From Gammaproteobacteria bacterium (GTDB lineage: Bacteria; Pseudomonadota; Gammaproteobacteria; Steroidobacterales; Steroidobacteraceae): DNA of 50,908 nt. Position numbers and translations under genes: made by a program. A model generated the notes under the pieces. That model saw only the letters and a program-made list of their open reading frames with translations. It did no database searches and was not told the origin of the DNA. The stretch spans positions 1 through 50,908 of the forward strand of contig JAURLT010000033.1 of assembly GCA_030831085.1 (NCBI GenBank). Direction: 5' to 3'. This document shows positions 1 through 8,386 of this stretch, in pieces (positions within the stretch are counted from its first letter, which is position 1; every line of letters begins with the position of its first letter).

Positions 1-162
1 CATAAAAAACCTCTAAGCCGAGGACGTCGCGATAAAGCTTTAGAGATTCATCGATATTTTCGACAATCAATGTTGTACGACGGTATATCGCCGGCTCCGC
101 GGCAGGTATTGGCGCCGCCAGGGTGGCGATCAACAACATGCAAAGAAACGTGCGTCGAATCA
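1..162 (-). CDS. VOC-family (glyoxalase/bleomycin-resistance/dioxygenase fold) protein with a signal peptide; 5' part only, the gene runs off the window start
   Basis: A reverse-strand ATG at 160-162 gives MIRRTFLCMLLIATLAAPIPAAEPAIYRRTTLIVENIDESLKLYRDVLGLEVFY..., a hydrophobic leader followed by the typical start of a VOC beta-alpha-beta module (ixVxniDeSlxfYrDvLGl). It is open at position 1, so it is absent from the ORF track. Confidence 0.5.
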
Positions 163-478
163 TGTTCTGCAACTCCAAATTGAGTCTTAATTACGCCTTA
201 GCTTTATTCTGTTTGCAGCGGTAGTTTACACGCTACTATTCGTGCCTTATGAATCCATGCTGCGCAGCCCTGAGTTTGGGAAGCTGGGCGTTGACAGCGT
301 TGGGCGCTGTGGAGTGCAACCCCTTTGCAGCGATACCCAAGCCGCCGACCTTGGTTTGGTTTATGTCAGCGGCGGTGATAAATTTTTCGTTGGGGCATCG
401 TGCTGGGATCAATCAAGCAACCCTGCTATCGCAGAGGGGATAAAAGCATGCACTTCCTAATTTGCGCAGCCGGAAACG

Positions 479-501
479 TGCTTACACACTTGCTTACACA
501 C
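479..501. repeat. Direct tandem repeat tgcttacacac-t-tgcttacacac in the 537-bp divergent intergenic region
   Basis: Read directly: 479-489 and 491-501 are identical 11-mers separated by one T. Confidence 0.6.
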
Positions 502-699
502 TGGCCTCGACGGTGGAATAGCCCGCAGAAAAATGCTGATTACGAACGGTACAAACCACTCATAATCCCTTGGTCCTTGGTTCGAATCCAAGCGGGCCCA
601 GCCTTGCAAAACAGCGAGTCGCGAATTGATTCATCATCAGCAACCGTGAGGGCCTATGGGCAGTGCGGCTGATGTCTTAATGGAGCTGCGGCCCGGCCA

Positions 700-1458
700 G
701 TGAGCGGAAGTTCCGCGATCGTCCCAGGTGATGCGTGTCTGTTCCTGGATTTCGACGGAACACTGGTCGACTTTGCGGCTGGCCCGAAGTCAGTCATCGT
801 AACGCCCGACCTCGTGCCCATGCTCCGCGACCTCAGCAATCGACTCGATGGTGCACTTGCGATGATTACCGGCCGCGCGTTGGATGATATCGATCAAATG
901 CTGTGGCCATTGCAGCTCCCTACGGCGGCTTTACACGGCACGATGCGACGCGATGGCTCCGGGAAAGTAACTATCGTTGGCAACCCGTCGGTCGAGGATT
1001 TCAAAGTAGCAAGCCGCAGGCTTTGTCAGCAGTTCCAGCGCTGGGTCGCCCGGCACCCTGGGGTCTGCGTGGAGGACAAGGGCCTTGCGTTGGCGCTTCA
1101 CTTCCGTAACGCTCAGCCGCGCTGGACGCCCGAACCCGATGACCTGAAGATACTGGCGTCGCTGCTCACGCCGGATCTCGAACTACTCAGCGGCGACCTT
1201 GTCCTGGAGGTTCGCCTGCGTGGTGGCAACAAGCGCACGGCGGTGGAGGCATTTCTGGCTGAGCCGCCCTTCACGGATCGTATGCCGATTTATATCGGCG
1301 ACGATGTCGCTGATGTGCCCGCCATGGAGACGGTCGAGCGACGCGGCGGCATGACCATCGCTATAGGTGCGCGAATCGACGCGCGTTGGTGCATGCCGGA
1401 CCCGGCCGCGCTTCGCCTCTGGCTGGCTGCCCTTGCGCGCCGCAACGATCCATCATGA
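700..1458 (+). CDS. otsB: Trehalose-6-phosphate phosphatase (HAD superfamily)
   Basis: GTG start. The N-terminal LFLDFDGTLVDF HAD motif I (DxDGT) sits at the position expected for OtsB. Length is 252 aa. Its stop overlaps the otsA start (ATGA at 1455-1458). Confidence 0.85.
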   Translation: MSGSSAIVPGDACLFLDFDGTLVDFAAGPKSVIVTPDLVPMLRDLSNRLDGALAMITGRALDDIDQMLWPLQLPTAALHGTMRRDGSGKVTIVGNPSVEDFKVASRRLCQQFQRWVARHPGVCVEDKGLALALHFRNAQPRWTPEPDDLKILASLLTPDLELLSGDLVLEVRLRGGNKRTAVEAFLAEPPFTDRMPIYIGDDVADVPAMETVERRGGMTIAIGARIDARWCMPDPAALRLWLAALARRNDPS

Positions 1459-2849
1459 GTAGGCTGGTCGTTGTTTCCAATCGTGTTGATCTTCCCCCGG
1501 GAGACACCGCCCCCGGGGGTCTTGCCATCAGTCTGGCGGCCACGATTCGCCACACAAACAGCCTTTGGATTGGATGGAGCGGCCAGGTTGGAGCCTTGAG
1601 TGATGTGCCAAGAAGGCATAACCAGAACGGGATCGAGTACGCCGTAGTGGAACTGTCGATCGACGATTACCAACACTACTACCTTGGATTCTGCAATCGG
1701 GTGCTATGGCCATTGAGCCATGGACAACTCCCGGCTCCGGACGCTGAAGGAGGTGCCTGGTACCGCGCCTATCGGCGCGTGAATTTTCGAATGGCTAACC
1801 AGATCAAGGGATCTCTGAAGCATGACGATGTACTGTGGGTGCACGACTACCATCTGTTGCCGCTGGGGCATTTTTTAAGGCAAGCCGGATGTCGGAACCC
1901 CATCGGTCATTTTCTGCACGTGCCGTTTCCAGCACTTGCAGATGGACCGGTGAGCCGTGAACTGCTCGGGAATTTATTGGCCTACGATTTGCTGGGTTTC
2001 CAGACCCCGAACGACCTTGCGGCCTTTGAGGCAGTGGCGCGCCGCCATTGGGGGGAGCATGCAGTGACCCCTGCTGGCGTTGCCAATGGGCAGGGAGGCC
2101 TCACGGCCACCGGCGTTTTTCCACTCGGAGTCGACATCGATTATTTGCGCCGCACAGCCTCGGCGACGATGAGGGAGGCTGCGCTGCGCTGGTGGTCTGT
2201 GGGTCAGCCTGGCCAGCGCGTCATTGGCGCTGACCGTCTGGATATCAGCAAGGCCTTGCCACAGCGCCTGCGGGCCTACAGGCAGCTATTGACGAATTGG
2301 CCGGCCAGACCGCGGCCCAACTATCTGCAGTTCATAACACCGTCGCGGCTCGCTCTCGATGCTCACCGCGAACTGCAGGAATCGATCCGTCGGGAAGCTG
2401 ATTTATCCAATTCCTCCTCCGACTTGCGGTGCGTCTTTGCCGCCGTCCCCCATGACGAACTCATGGGAATTCTGGCGAGCGCCGACGTTGGTCTGGTTAC
2501 TCCCCGGGCGGATGGAATGAATCTGTTGGCCAAGGAATTTTTGGCCGTACAGCCGGAGGAAGATCCCGGTGTGCTGGTGCTCTCGCGGGGAGCGGGCGCT
2601 GCGGTCGAGTTGGAGGCGGCCATACTGGTCCCGGCAGACGACCAGAACAGCCAAGCCGAGGGGCTTCGCCTTGCGCTTGAGATGCCACTGACGGAGCGTC
2701 GCTCACGTCATCAGTCGCTGCTGCGCGCATTGCGTCGTAACGAACTGCCGCGCTGGCAACAGCGATTCGTGGGTCGATTGCTTCAGGCCCGGCGCCCTGG
2801 CCTGGCAATTCGGCCTGGAGGCGGTCTATGCGACGCGGACCTCGCCTGA
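1455..2849 (+). CDS. otsA: Alpha,alpha-trehalose-phosphate synthase (UDP-forming), GT20 family
   Basis: The ORF track gives 1386..2849. I chose the in-frame ATG at 1455 (MSRLVVVSNRV...), which matches the OtsA N-terminus and overlaps the otsB stop. The product is about 464 aa, with GT20-like blocks (WVHDYHLLPL, LLGFQT). Confidence 0.9.
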   Translation: MSRLVVVSNRVDLPPGDTAPGGLAISLAATIRHTNSLWIGWSGQVGALSDVPRRHNQNGIEYAVVELSIDDYQHYYLGFCNRVLWPLSHGQLPAPDAEGGAWYRAYRRVNFRMANQIKGSLKHDDVLWVHDYHLLPLGHFLRQAGCRNPIGHFLHVPFPALADGPVSRELLGNLLAYDLLGFQTPNDLAAFEAVARRHWGEHAVTPAGVANGQGGLTATGVFPLGVDIDYLRRTASATMREAALRWWSVGQPGQRVIGADRLDISKALPQRLRAYRQLLTNWPARPRPNYLQFITPSRLALDAHRELQESIRREADLSNSSSDLRCVFAAVPHDELMGILASADVGLVTPRADGMNLLAKEFLAVQPEEDPGVLVLSRGAGAAVELEAAILVPADDQNSQAEGLRLALEMPLTERRSRHQSLLRALRRNELPRWQQRFVGRLLQARRPGLAIRPGGGLCDADLA

Positions 2850-3863
2850 TCCGGCGCGAACTGCCCCAATCCTTTTAAAACCTGCGGCCTCTAGGGCTGC
2901 AACGCTCTCCCGGGGTACGGCCGCCAGCAGGCCGCCTGAGGTCTGTGGGTCCTGCAGCACCGCAAGCACCGCCGGATCGACCTCATTCATGCCCACCTTC
3001 AGGTATCGGTGAGCCGAGGTCCTTACTCCGGCAGCCGCCGCCTCCAAAGCGCCGGGCAAGACAGGCAACAGGCTCGTATCGACAACGAGGTCGACGCCTG
3101 ATTGACGCGCCATTTCGCCTGCATGCCCAAGCAATCCGTACCCGGTTATGTCGGTGACCGCATGGGGTTGATGCCCCTGCGATCGTAGCGCCTCCGCGGC
3201 TGCGCGGTTGGTCGCCCTCATCACGCGCAGGGCTGCCGGAAGATGCACTTCCGACCTGCTTGATAGCAAAAGGCCGGTGCCGAGCTGCTTTGACAACATC
3301 AGGACGTCGCCGTCCTGTGCGCCCGACTTTCGCCAGATCTTGCCTGGATGGAGGAAGCCGATCACGCAAAGACCGAATACCGGTTCTGCGCAACGAATCG
3401 AATGTCCGCCGAGGATGGCGCCCCCGCAGCTGGCGACCAAGGCAGCTGCGGCCCGGTTGACCTCAGCCACTACAGAATCTGGTACAACCGCGGGAAATCC
3501 GCAGACGGTCAATGCTAGTACGACCTCGCCGCCCATGGCATATATGTCACTGACCGCGTTGGCGGCTGCAATGGTCCCGTAGTCGTCCGGATCATCGACC
3601 AAGGGTGGAAAGAAATCGACGGTGGCGACCAACGCCCGATCGTCAGCCAGAGGATAGACGACCGCATCGTCCGCGGGATCAAGCCCCACCAGTTCCTGAA
3701 CGTTCGTCAGTCCAGTGGCGGCAACGGTCTCCACCAATCGTGACACCAAGTCGGGTGGAGCCTTCGCTGCGCAGCCGCCAGAACCACTCAGGGCGCGCAA
3801 CCGTATGGGCGCCTGGAGACCAGGCTTGTCAATCAGGGTCAACGGCTCAGTACCGCAACTCAC
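2826..3863 (-). CDS. selD: Selenophosphate synthetase (selenide, water dikinase), Cys-type
   Basis: 345 aa. SGGCAAK aligns to E. coli GAGCGCK (catalytic Cys17 and Lys20). DDAVVY and TVDFFPPLVDDPDDYGTIAAANAVSDIYAMGG align to DDAAVY and [32 protein letters not shown]. The fold is PurM-like. The ATGA at 3860-3863 overlaps the upstream ACAD gene. Confidence 0.8.
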   Translation of the reverse strand: MSCGTEPLTLIDKPGLQAPIRLRALSGSGGCAAKAPPDLVSRLVETVAATGLTNVQELVGLDPADDAVVYPLADDRALVATVDFFPPLVDDPDDYGTIAAANAVSDIYAMGGEVVLALTVCGFPAVVPDSVVAEVNRAAAALVASCGGAILGGHSIRCAEPVFGLCVIGFLHPGKIWRKSGAQDGDVLMLSKQLGTGLLLSSRSEVHLPAALRVMRATNRAAAEALRSQGHQPHAVTDITGYGLLGHAGEMARQSGVDLVVDTSLLPVLPGALEAAAAGVRTSAHRYLKVGMNEVDPAVLAVLQDPQTSGGLLAAVPRESVAALEAAGFKRIGAVRAGSGEVRVA

Positions 3864-5161
3864 CGGGTTGGCTTGTCCGGTTGGGATTTGGATGTGTCAA
3901 AGCGGAGCCCTAACGTCTCAGCGATGGTGGTGCGTTGAACCTCGTCCGTGCCGCCTGGTATGCGCAGGTTGCGCGCGATCTGGAATAGCTTGTTGATCGG
4001 GTTGTTGCGCATCACGCCAAACCCGCCATGTAACTGCAGTGCGCGATCAGCAACGCGGTAGAACGACTCATCATTGCTGAGCTTTAAGGCACATATACGT
4101 CGGATCTCGTCTTTTGGACGGGGCAGGGCATACCAAGGTCCCGGCGTGTCGATCGAACGAGCCACCTCGAGTGACAAGGACCTGGTCTGCAACCAGTCGA
4201 GGTACATGTCGGCGATCATCCACTGGATGCCTTGGTTGGCGCCTAGCGGTCGATCGCCGATCTGGCGATTCTGGACCCGCTCGAGGCTGCGCTCGATCAA
4301 GTATTTTGACCAACCGGAACACATGCCAGCCCGCCTCATCCGGGTGTAATTAAACGACATGACCGCAATGTCAAAGCCTTGTCCGACTTCTCCTATGACT
4401 GCGCTGGGGGGTAAAACGAGGTCCTCGAAGAAAATTTCGCCGGTATAACCATCGCCGAACATCGTCTGGAAAAGTCGACCTGTCTTGTAGCCGCGCCCCA
4501 TCATCTCGCGTGCATCAAACATGAAGTAGCTAAAGCTCCGGCGGCCGGCACCGGGATCAGTCATGGCGAGTACTTGAACGACGTCGGCATCGAACGCATT
4601 TGTGATGTAGGCCTTGGACCCATTGAGCACCCAATCGTCGCCCCGTCTCCGCGCCTGCGTCTTCATGTCGAACAGGTTTGAGCCCGCACCTGCCTCAGTG
4701 ACGGCATGAAGGCTGGTTTTTTCGCCGCGAACAAGTGGCGCAACAAATTGCTCGCGTTGGTGATCGTGGCAGTACAGCAGACGCGGCGTTGCACCTTCAG
4801 ACCAGGAAAGCAGCGCCGGATTCAGGCCGCATCCATAGCTATAGACCTGTTCCTCTACGAATATCATGTCGGTGCGGCCAAGGCCGCCACCTCCGAGATG
4901 GGTCGGTAAATGCAGGCTGTACACGCCGGCTTGGCCGGCAGCGCGCATGATTTCCCGTCTGGCTGCCACTATTTCCGGATGCAACTTGCCATCGGCATCG
5001 AGATAGAGGCGCTCATCCTCGAGGCGGTGCCTAAGCGCTTCTTCGCGGGGCCGTACCTCATTGGTGTACAACGAACGGACGCGCGCAAGAGTGTCCTCCA
5101 GATGTGGTGGTGGATTGAGCTCCGCATCGAGCGGCGACGCATTGTTGGTGTCGATGGTCAT
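3860..5161 (-). CDS. Acyl-CoA dehydrogenase family flavoprotein
   Basis: 433 aa with ACAD-fold signatures through the C-terminal helical domain (ALQLHGGFGVMRNNPINKLFQIARNLRIPGGTDEVQRTTIAE). It is translationally coupled on both sides (ATGA at 5158-5161 and 3860-3863). Confidence 0.8.
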   Translation of the reverse strand: MTIDTNNASPLDAELNPPPHLEDTLARVRSLYTNEVRPREEALRHRLEDERLYLDADGKLHPEIVAARREIMRAAGQAGVYSLHLPTHLGGGGLGRTDMIFVEEQVYSYGCGLNPALLSWSEGATPRLLYCHDHQREQFVAPLVRGEKTSLHAVTEAGAGSNLFDMKTQARRRGDDWVLNGSKAYITNAFDADVVQVLAMTDPGAGRRSFSYFMFDAREMMGRGYKTGRLFQTMFGDGYTGEIFFEDLVLPPSAVIGEVGQGFDIAVMSFNYTRMRRAGMCSGWSKYLIERSLERVQNRQIGDRPLGANQGIQWMIADMYLDWLQTRSLSLEVARSIDTPGPWYALPRPKDEIRRICALKLSNDESFYRVADRALQLHGGFGVMRNNPINKLFQIARNLRIPGGTDEVQRTTIAETLGLRFDTSKSQPDKPTR

Positions 5162-6507
5162 CTTTTCTCCTCGGCATTAAGTGGCATCGGTTCGGGTGTA
5201 TCCGGCAGAGCCAAGGTGGTGTAAGCGCCTGGACGATGGCCGATGAAGAACGGACGATTGGCGAGGCCCAACAGCAGCGGCAATACCTCTGAGGCGCGCA
5301 GCCGACCGCATTCGCCCGTCAGCCCTGTGCGCTCGCCAAAGCTCGTGACCAAATCAGCACGTAGCCCGGGCGCCGCCACCACGACAGGTGTGGGGTCCCC
5401 GCTATGTAGCAGACTTCCGACCGAGGGTGAGGCGTGATCACCGGTTACTGCCACCACGGCGCGCCGTGCCAGCGCAGGCAGCGCGCTGAGTCCGGCATCG
5501 GTGGCGGCGATGACGTCGCGCTTGAAGCATGGGTTTTTGGAGTGTCCTGCCTCGTCCGTGGCCTTGACATGCACATGAACGAACGCGTGGGTATCCAGCA
5601 GGCGACTGGCAGCTTCTATCCGGCGCTGCATATCGGCTGCTGCGTCGGTAGGGTCGTAGGGAATATCGACACATTTCATCCCAAGCAGTCGAGCGAGCCC
5701 ACGGTACAGCGCGGTATCGGTGACCGCCGCACCGGCAATTCCGACTGCGGTGTGGAATTGCGGCAGCTCCGGGTCCAACAGGCTGGCCCACTTGGTGACA
5801 GCGACATCCAGCATGGGTAGTCCTGCCGCGTGCCGCTTTGCGTTGAATGATTGATGGCGCAATATCTGACGGCTTTCGAGCAGCCAACTCTCGAGGGCAT
5901 TCGCCAGTTCCTGTGCAGCCAGACGATCGACGGCTTCCGGTAGCGCGAGCGGGCGCATCCAGGGATGCAGGTGATCGAACAGGCTATCGCTGTCACTGAT
6001 TTCATGGCTACTAGCGCCGTGGGCGCATAAAACGGCTTCACCGGTACGCAGTGGCATGATTTCAAAGCGGATACCGGCTCGGGTCCTGCCGTTGAGCGCT
6101 GCGAACAATGCTGCGCAAACCTCGGTGTCCTCCTTTGGCCGGGCGCGAGCGCCAAGATAGAGGGCATTGTTTCGCAGGATTCCGGCTCGCAGCGCCAAGT
6201 GGAACAGGGGCACTCCGACCGGCGGGCTAAGGCCGACTCCCAACGCCTCAATGGCGGCACGCCCGGGAAACGGGACCCTGCCGAGACCAAAAAGGGCCCA
6301 ATGGGCGTGCTCGCTGGAGGTGGCGCAACCCGGCCCGAATGGGACATGGACGCCGTTAATCCCCATGGTTGCCAATGCGTCGAGATTTGGGGTCGCCGCC
6401 GCTTCACATGGCGTTTTGCCGTCAAGTTCCGGGGCTGCGCGGTCGCCGAGGCCGTCCAGAATCACCAACAGAATTGGCAACCGATCATCGACCATGTAAA
6501 ACCCCAA
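5158..6507 (-). CDS. Archaeal-type cofactor-independent phosphoglycerate mutase family (ApgM/COG3635-like metalloenzyme; phosphomutase or phosphotransferase)
   Basis: ILLVILDGLGDRAAPELDGKTPCEAAATPNLDALATMGINGV...GPGCATSSEHAHWALFGLG matches the ApgM N-terminal metal/phosphoserine block (DGxGDRP...KTP...TPNxD...GSDxAHL). 449 aa. Confidence 0.65.
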   Translation of the reverse strand: MGFYMVDDRLPILLVILDGLGDRAAPELDGKTPCEAAATPNLDALATMGINGVHVPFGPGCATSSEHAHWALFGLGRVPFPGRAAIEALGVGLSPPVGVPLFHLALRAGILRNNALYLGARARPKEDTEVCAALFAALNGRTRAGIRFEIMPLRTGEAVLCAHGASSHEISDSDSLFDHLHPWMRPLALPEAVDRLAAQELANALESWLLESRQILRHQSFNAKRHAAGLPMLDVAVTKWASLLDPELPQFHTAVGIAGAAVTDTALYRGLARLLGMKCVDIPYDPTDAAADMQRRIEAASRLLDTHAFVHVHVKATDEAGHSKNPCFKRDVIAATDAGLSALPALARRAVVAVTGDHASPSVGSLLHSGDPTPVVVAAPGLRADLVTSFGERTGLTGECGRLRASEVLPLLLGLANRPFFIGHRPGAYTTLALPDTPEPMPLNAEEKR

Positions 6508-7033
6508 TACCTGACCTCAGCCAGCTACCGAGTAACTCGCGCGCGCCGAGTGGGACGCTCTCGGGGACTCTGCCGCTAGTCCGTATGGTCTGTCGGATTT
6601 CCGACGCCGATAAGCGGTTAGCCAAGTCCCCCTCCACAACCAGTGGCGGATATCCCGCCGCCTCAAAACGACGGACCTTTTCGCGTTCCCAAGCCGAGAA
6701 AACCCGGACGAGCTGTGGCGTGCCAGGCGGGATCAGCAATGGCCAACACTCGCAACGGTCGAGCGGAAACGGGAAAACCTGCCAACAGGACGCCGAAATA
6801 CCATCCTCAAACAAGGCGGCCTCGATCAATTGCTGGCGCTGCGATACCGATAGCGGATTCGACTCGTCAAGGTGGCGGTGACTGCTGGTCGGATGGTGCT
6901 CATGGTGGTCATCTTCCGGGTTGGTGATTCCAATCAACACTCGGGTGGCCCGTTGCAGCGCAAATCGCACCATCTCCAGGTGTTGGCTATGAAAGGGCTG
7001 AAACCGTCCGGTAAAAGCGACGAGCGGAAGCAT
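6485..7033 (-). CDS. Cytidylyl/adenylyltransferase-fold nucleotidyltransferase, NadM (archaeal NMN adenylyltransferase)-like
   Basis: The N-terminal VAFTGRFQPFHSQHLEMV fits the (H/T)xGH nucleotidyltransferase motif in an NadM-like context (GRMQPFHRGHL). SASEIR near the C-terminus resembles the NadM ISGTEVR block. 182 aa. Its ATG overlaps the stop of the upstream 64-aa ORF (TAATG at 7031-7035). Confidence 0.6.
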   Translation of the reverse strand: MLPLVAFTGRFQPFHSQHLEMVRFALQRATRVLIGITNPEDDHHEHHPTSSHRHLDESNPLSVSQRQQLIEAALFEDGISASCWQVFPFPLDRCECWPLLIPPGTPQLVRVFSAWEREKVRRFEAAGYPPLVVEGDLANRLSASEIRQTIRTSGRVPESVPLGARELLGSWLRSGIGVLHGR

Positions 7034-7227
7034 TACGGTTGGCGCTCGATCTCCCGGCCGTAAAATATCCGGAGACCGAGGACATCGCGATAAGGCCTGG
7101 GCGTCTCATATATGGTTTCGTCGATCAATGTCGTCCGACGGTAGACCGCCGGCTCTGCTGAAAGTGTTGGCATGGACGGAACGACAGTAAGCAAAATTGA
7201 GATGATTAATCGCCCATGCATGAGCAA
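7033..7227 (-). pseudogene. Truncated N-terminal fragment (64 aa) of a signal-peptide VOC-family protein, a paralog of the gene at 1-162
   Basis: MLMHGRLIISILLTVVPSMPTLSAEPAVYRRTTLIDETIYETPRPYRDVLGLRIFYGREIERQP* shares the AEPA(V/I)YRRTTLI...YRDVLGL core with the 1-162 gene (about 75-80% nt identity over about 100 nt). It stops after about one quarter of a VOC domain. Confidence 0.4.
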
Positions 7228-7329
7228 GTGCCCTCCGGACCTGAGTCACGTTGAAAATGATGTCGTTGAACACGGGCCTTATTCCGAGGCCAGGCTAAAG
7301 TCTGACATGAAAAAGGCTCCGCGAGGATA

Positions 7330-7665
7330 TTGCGCAGAGCGCAGGGCGCCATCGTAAACATCGGGGCCGCTGCGGCGTTTTACCGGTCTGGCGCGGGCAT
7401 GGGGCCCTACGCTGCCAGTAAGGCAGCCGTAGGTCGAATGACGGAGAGCCTCGCGGCGGAAGAAATTCGCAACGGTGTACGGGTCAATGCAGTACTGCCG
7501 ACCATCATGGATACCCCTGCCAATCGGCGGGACATGCCCGACGCTGACTTTTCTACATGGGTCACGCCGGATGAGGTGGCTGAGGTCATCGCCTTTCTGT
7601 TGTCCTCCTCAGCGAGCGGCGTGACCGGCGCGAGCATTGTCGTCAACGGCCGTATCCAGCCCTGA
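7330..7665 (+). pseudogene. C-terminal remnant (about 110 aa) of a short-chain dehydrogenase/reductase
   Basis: GAIVNIG...YAASKAAV (catalytic YxxxK)...VRVNAVLPTIMDTP is the C-terminal half of a classical SDR. It has a TTG start, and an in-frame stop lies at 7303-7305 immediately upstream, so the Rossmann TGxxxGIG half is absent. Confidence 0.5.
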
Positions 7666-7843
7666 GCCTGCCGAACACAAGCGGGTGAGGGCCCCAGACT
7701 GGCAAGGTGCGCTCGCACGGCGGGCATTGACGGGCCTGTTCGTCAGTGAGTATGTTGAGTCGGGCTCGCTCACCCAGCCAAAGGTCCTCAACATCTTGAT
7801 TTGCGCTCCTGCAAGATCGATCTGCCGATTGCGCCCGGGATTG

Positions 7844-8386
7844 ATGGCTCTGCTCAGCATCCTGTTCCTTGCCCCGGCAGTCACGTTTGCCGACCCAGAT
7901 GCCCGGCGTGCGGGGATGGTCGAAGCCAGTGCCGAGTTCTCCGGCCGGCTGCGCGCTGCCCTGCAGGCGGCGATGAGAGAAGGGGGGCCTGTCGCGGCAA
8001 TCCAGGTTTGCCATCAGCAGGCCCCGGCCATCGCTAGGGCGGTCGGTGCCGAACGGAGCCTGCTCGTCAGGCGGACCGGTGTGCGCCTCCGCAATCCGGG
8101 CAATGTGGCCGATCCCCTGGACCAGCAGTTGATGGAGGACTTCGCCCGTCAGATTGCCGGAGGCAAGGACCCAGCGGCTCTGGAGGACCTCTCATCCACG
8201 ACCGACGGGCGTCTCCGCTATACCCGTGCCATTCCCGTCGAGGCCGTCTGCCTGGCCTGCCATGGCGAAACGATCGCCCCGTCCGTCTCCGAGGCCATCA
8301 CGGCCCACTATCCCGATGACCGGGCCACTGGCTTCCGGCCGGGGCAACTGAGAGGCCTGCTGGTGGTTGAGGCCCTGAACCCATGA
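7844..8386 (+). CDS. Periplasmic heme-c binding DUF3365 (Tll0287-like) domain protein
   Basis: The ORF track gives 7637..8386. I chose the in-frame ATG at 7844, which yields a signal peptide MALLSILFLAPAVTFA. It has a CLACHG CxxCH heme-c attachment motif, and the AIQVCHQQAPAIA region is typical of DUF3365. Confidence 0.55.
   Translation: MALLSILFLAPAVTFADPDARRAGMVEASAEFSGRLRAALQAAMREGGPVAAIQVCHQQAPAIARAVGAERSLLVRRTGVRLRNPGNVADPLDQQLMEDFARQIAGGKDPAALEDLSSTTDGRLRYTRAIPVEAVCLACHGETIAPSVSEAITAHYPDDRATGFRPGQLRGLLVVEALNP

Noticed and set aside
520-600. A possible tRNA gene suggested by the GGTTCGAATCC T-arm-like hairpin.
   Set aside because: I tried to fold a cloverleaf on both strands by hand. 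No 7-bp acceptor stem complementary to the 3' flank, no D-arm and no anticodon arm with the right spacing could be formed, and the hairpin is not followed by CCA. I kept it only as a possible remnant.
7637-7843. The longer 249-aa version of the DUF3365 gene starting at 7637.
   Set aside because: The in-frame ATG at 7844 is followed by a textbook signal peptide required for a periplasmic heme-c protein. The upstream 69 residues would bury it.
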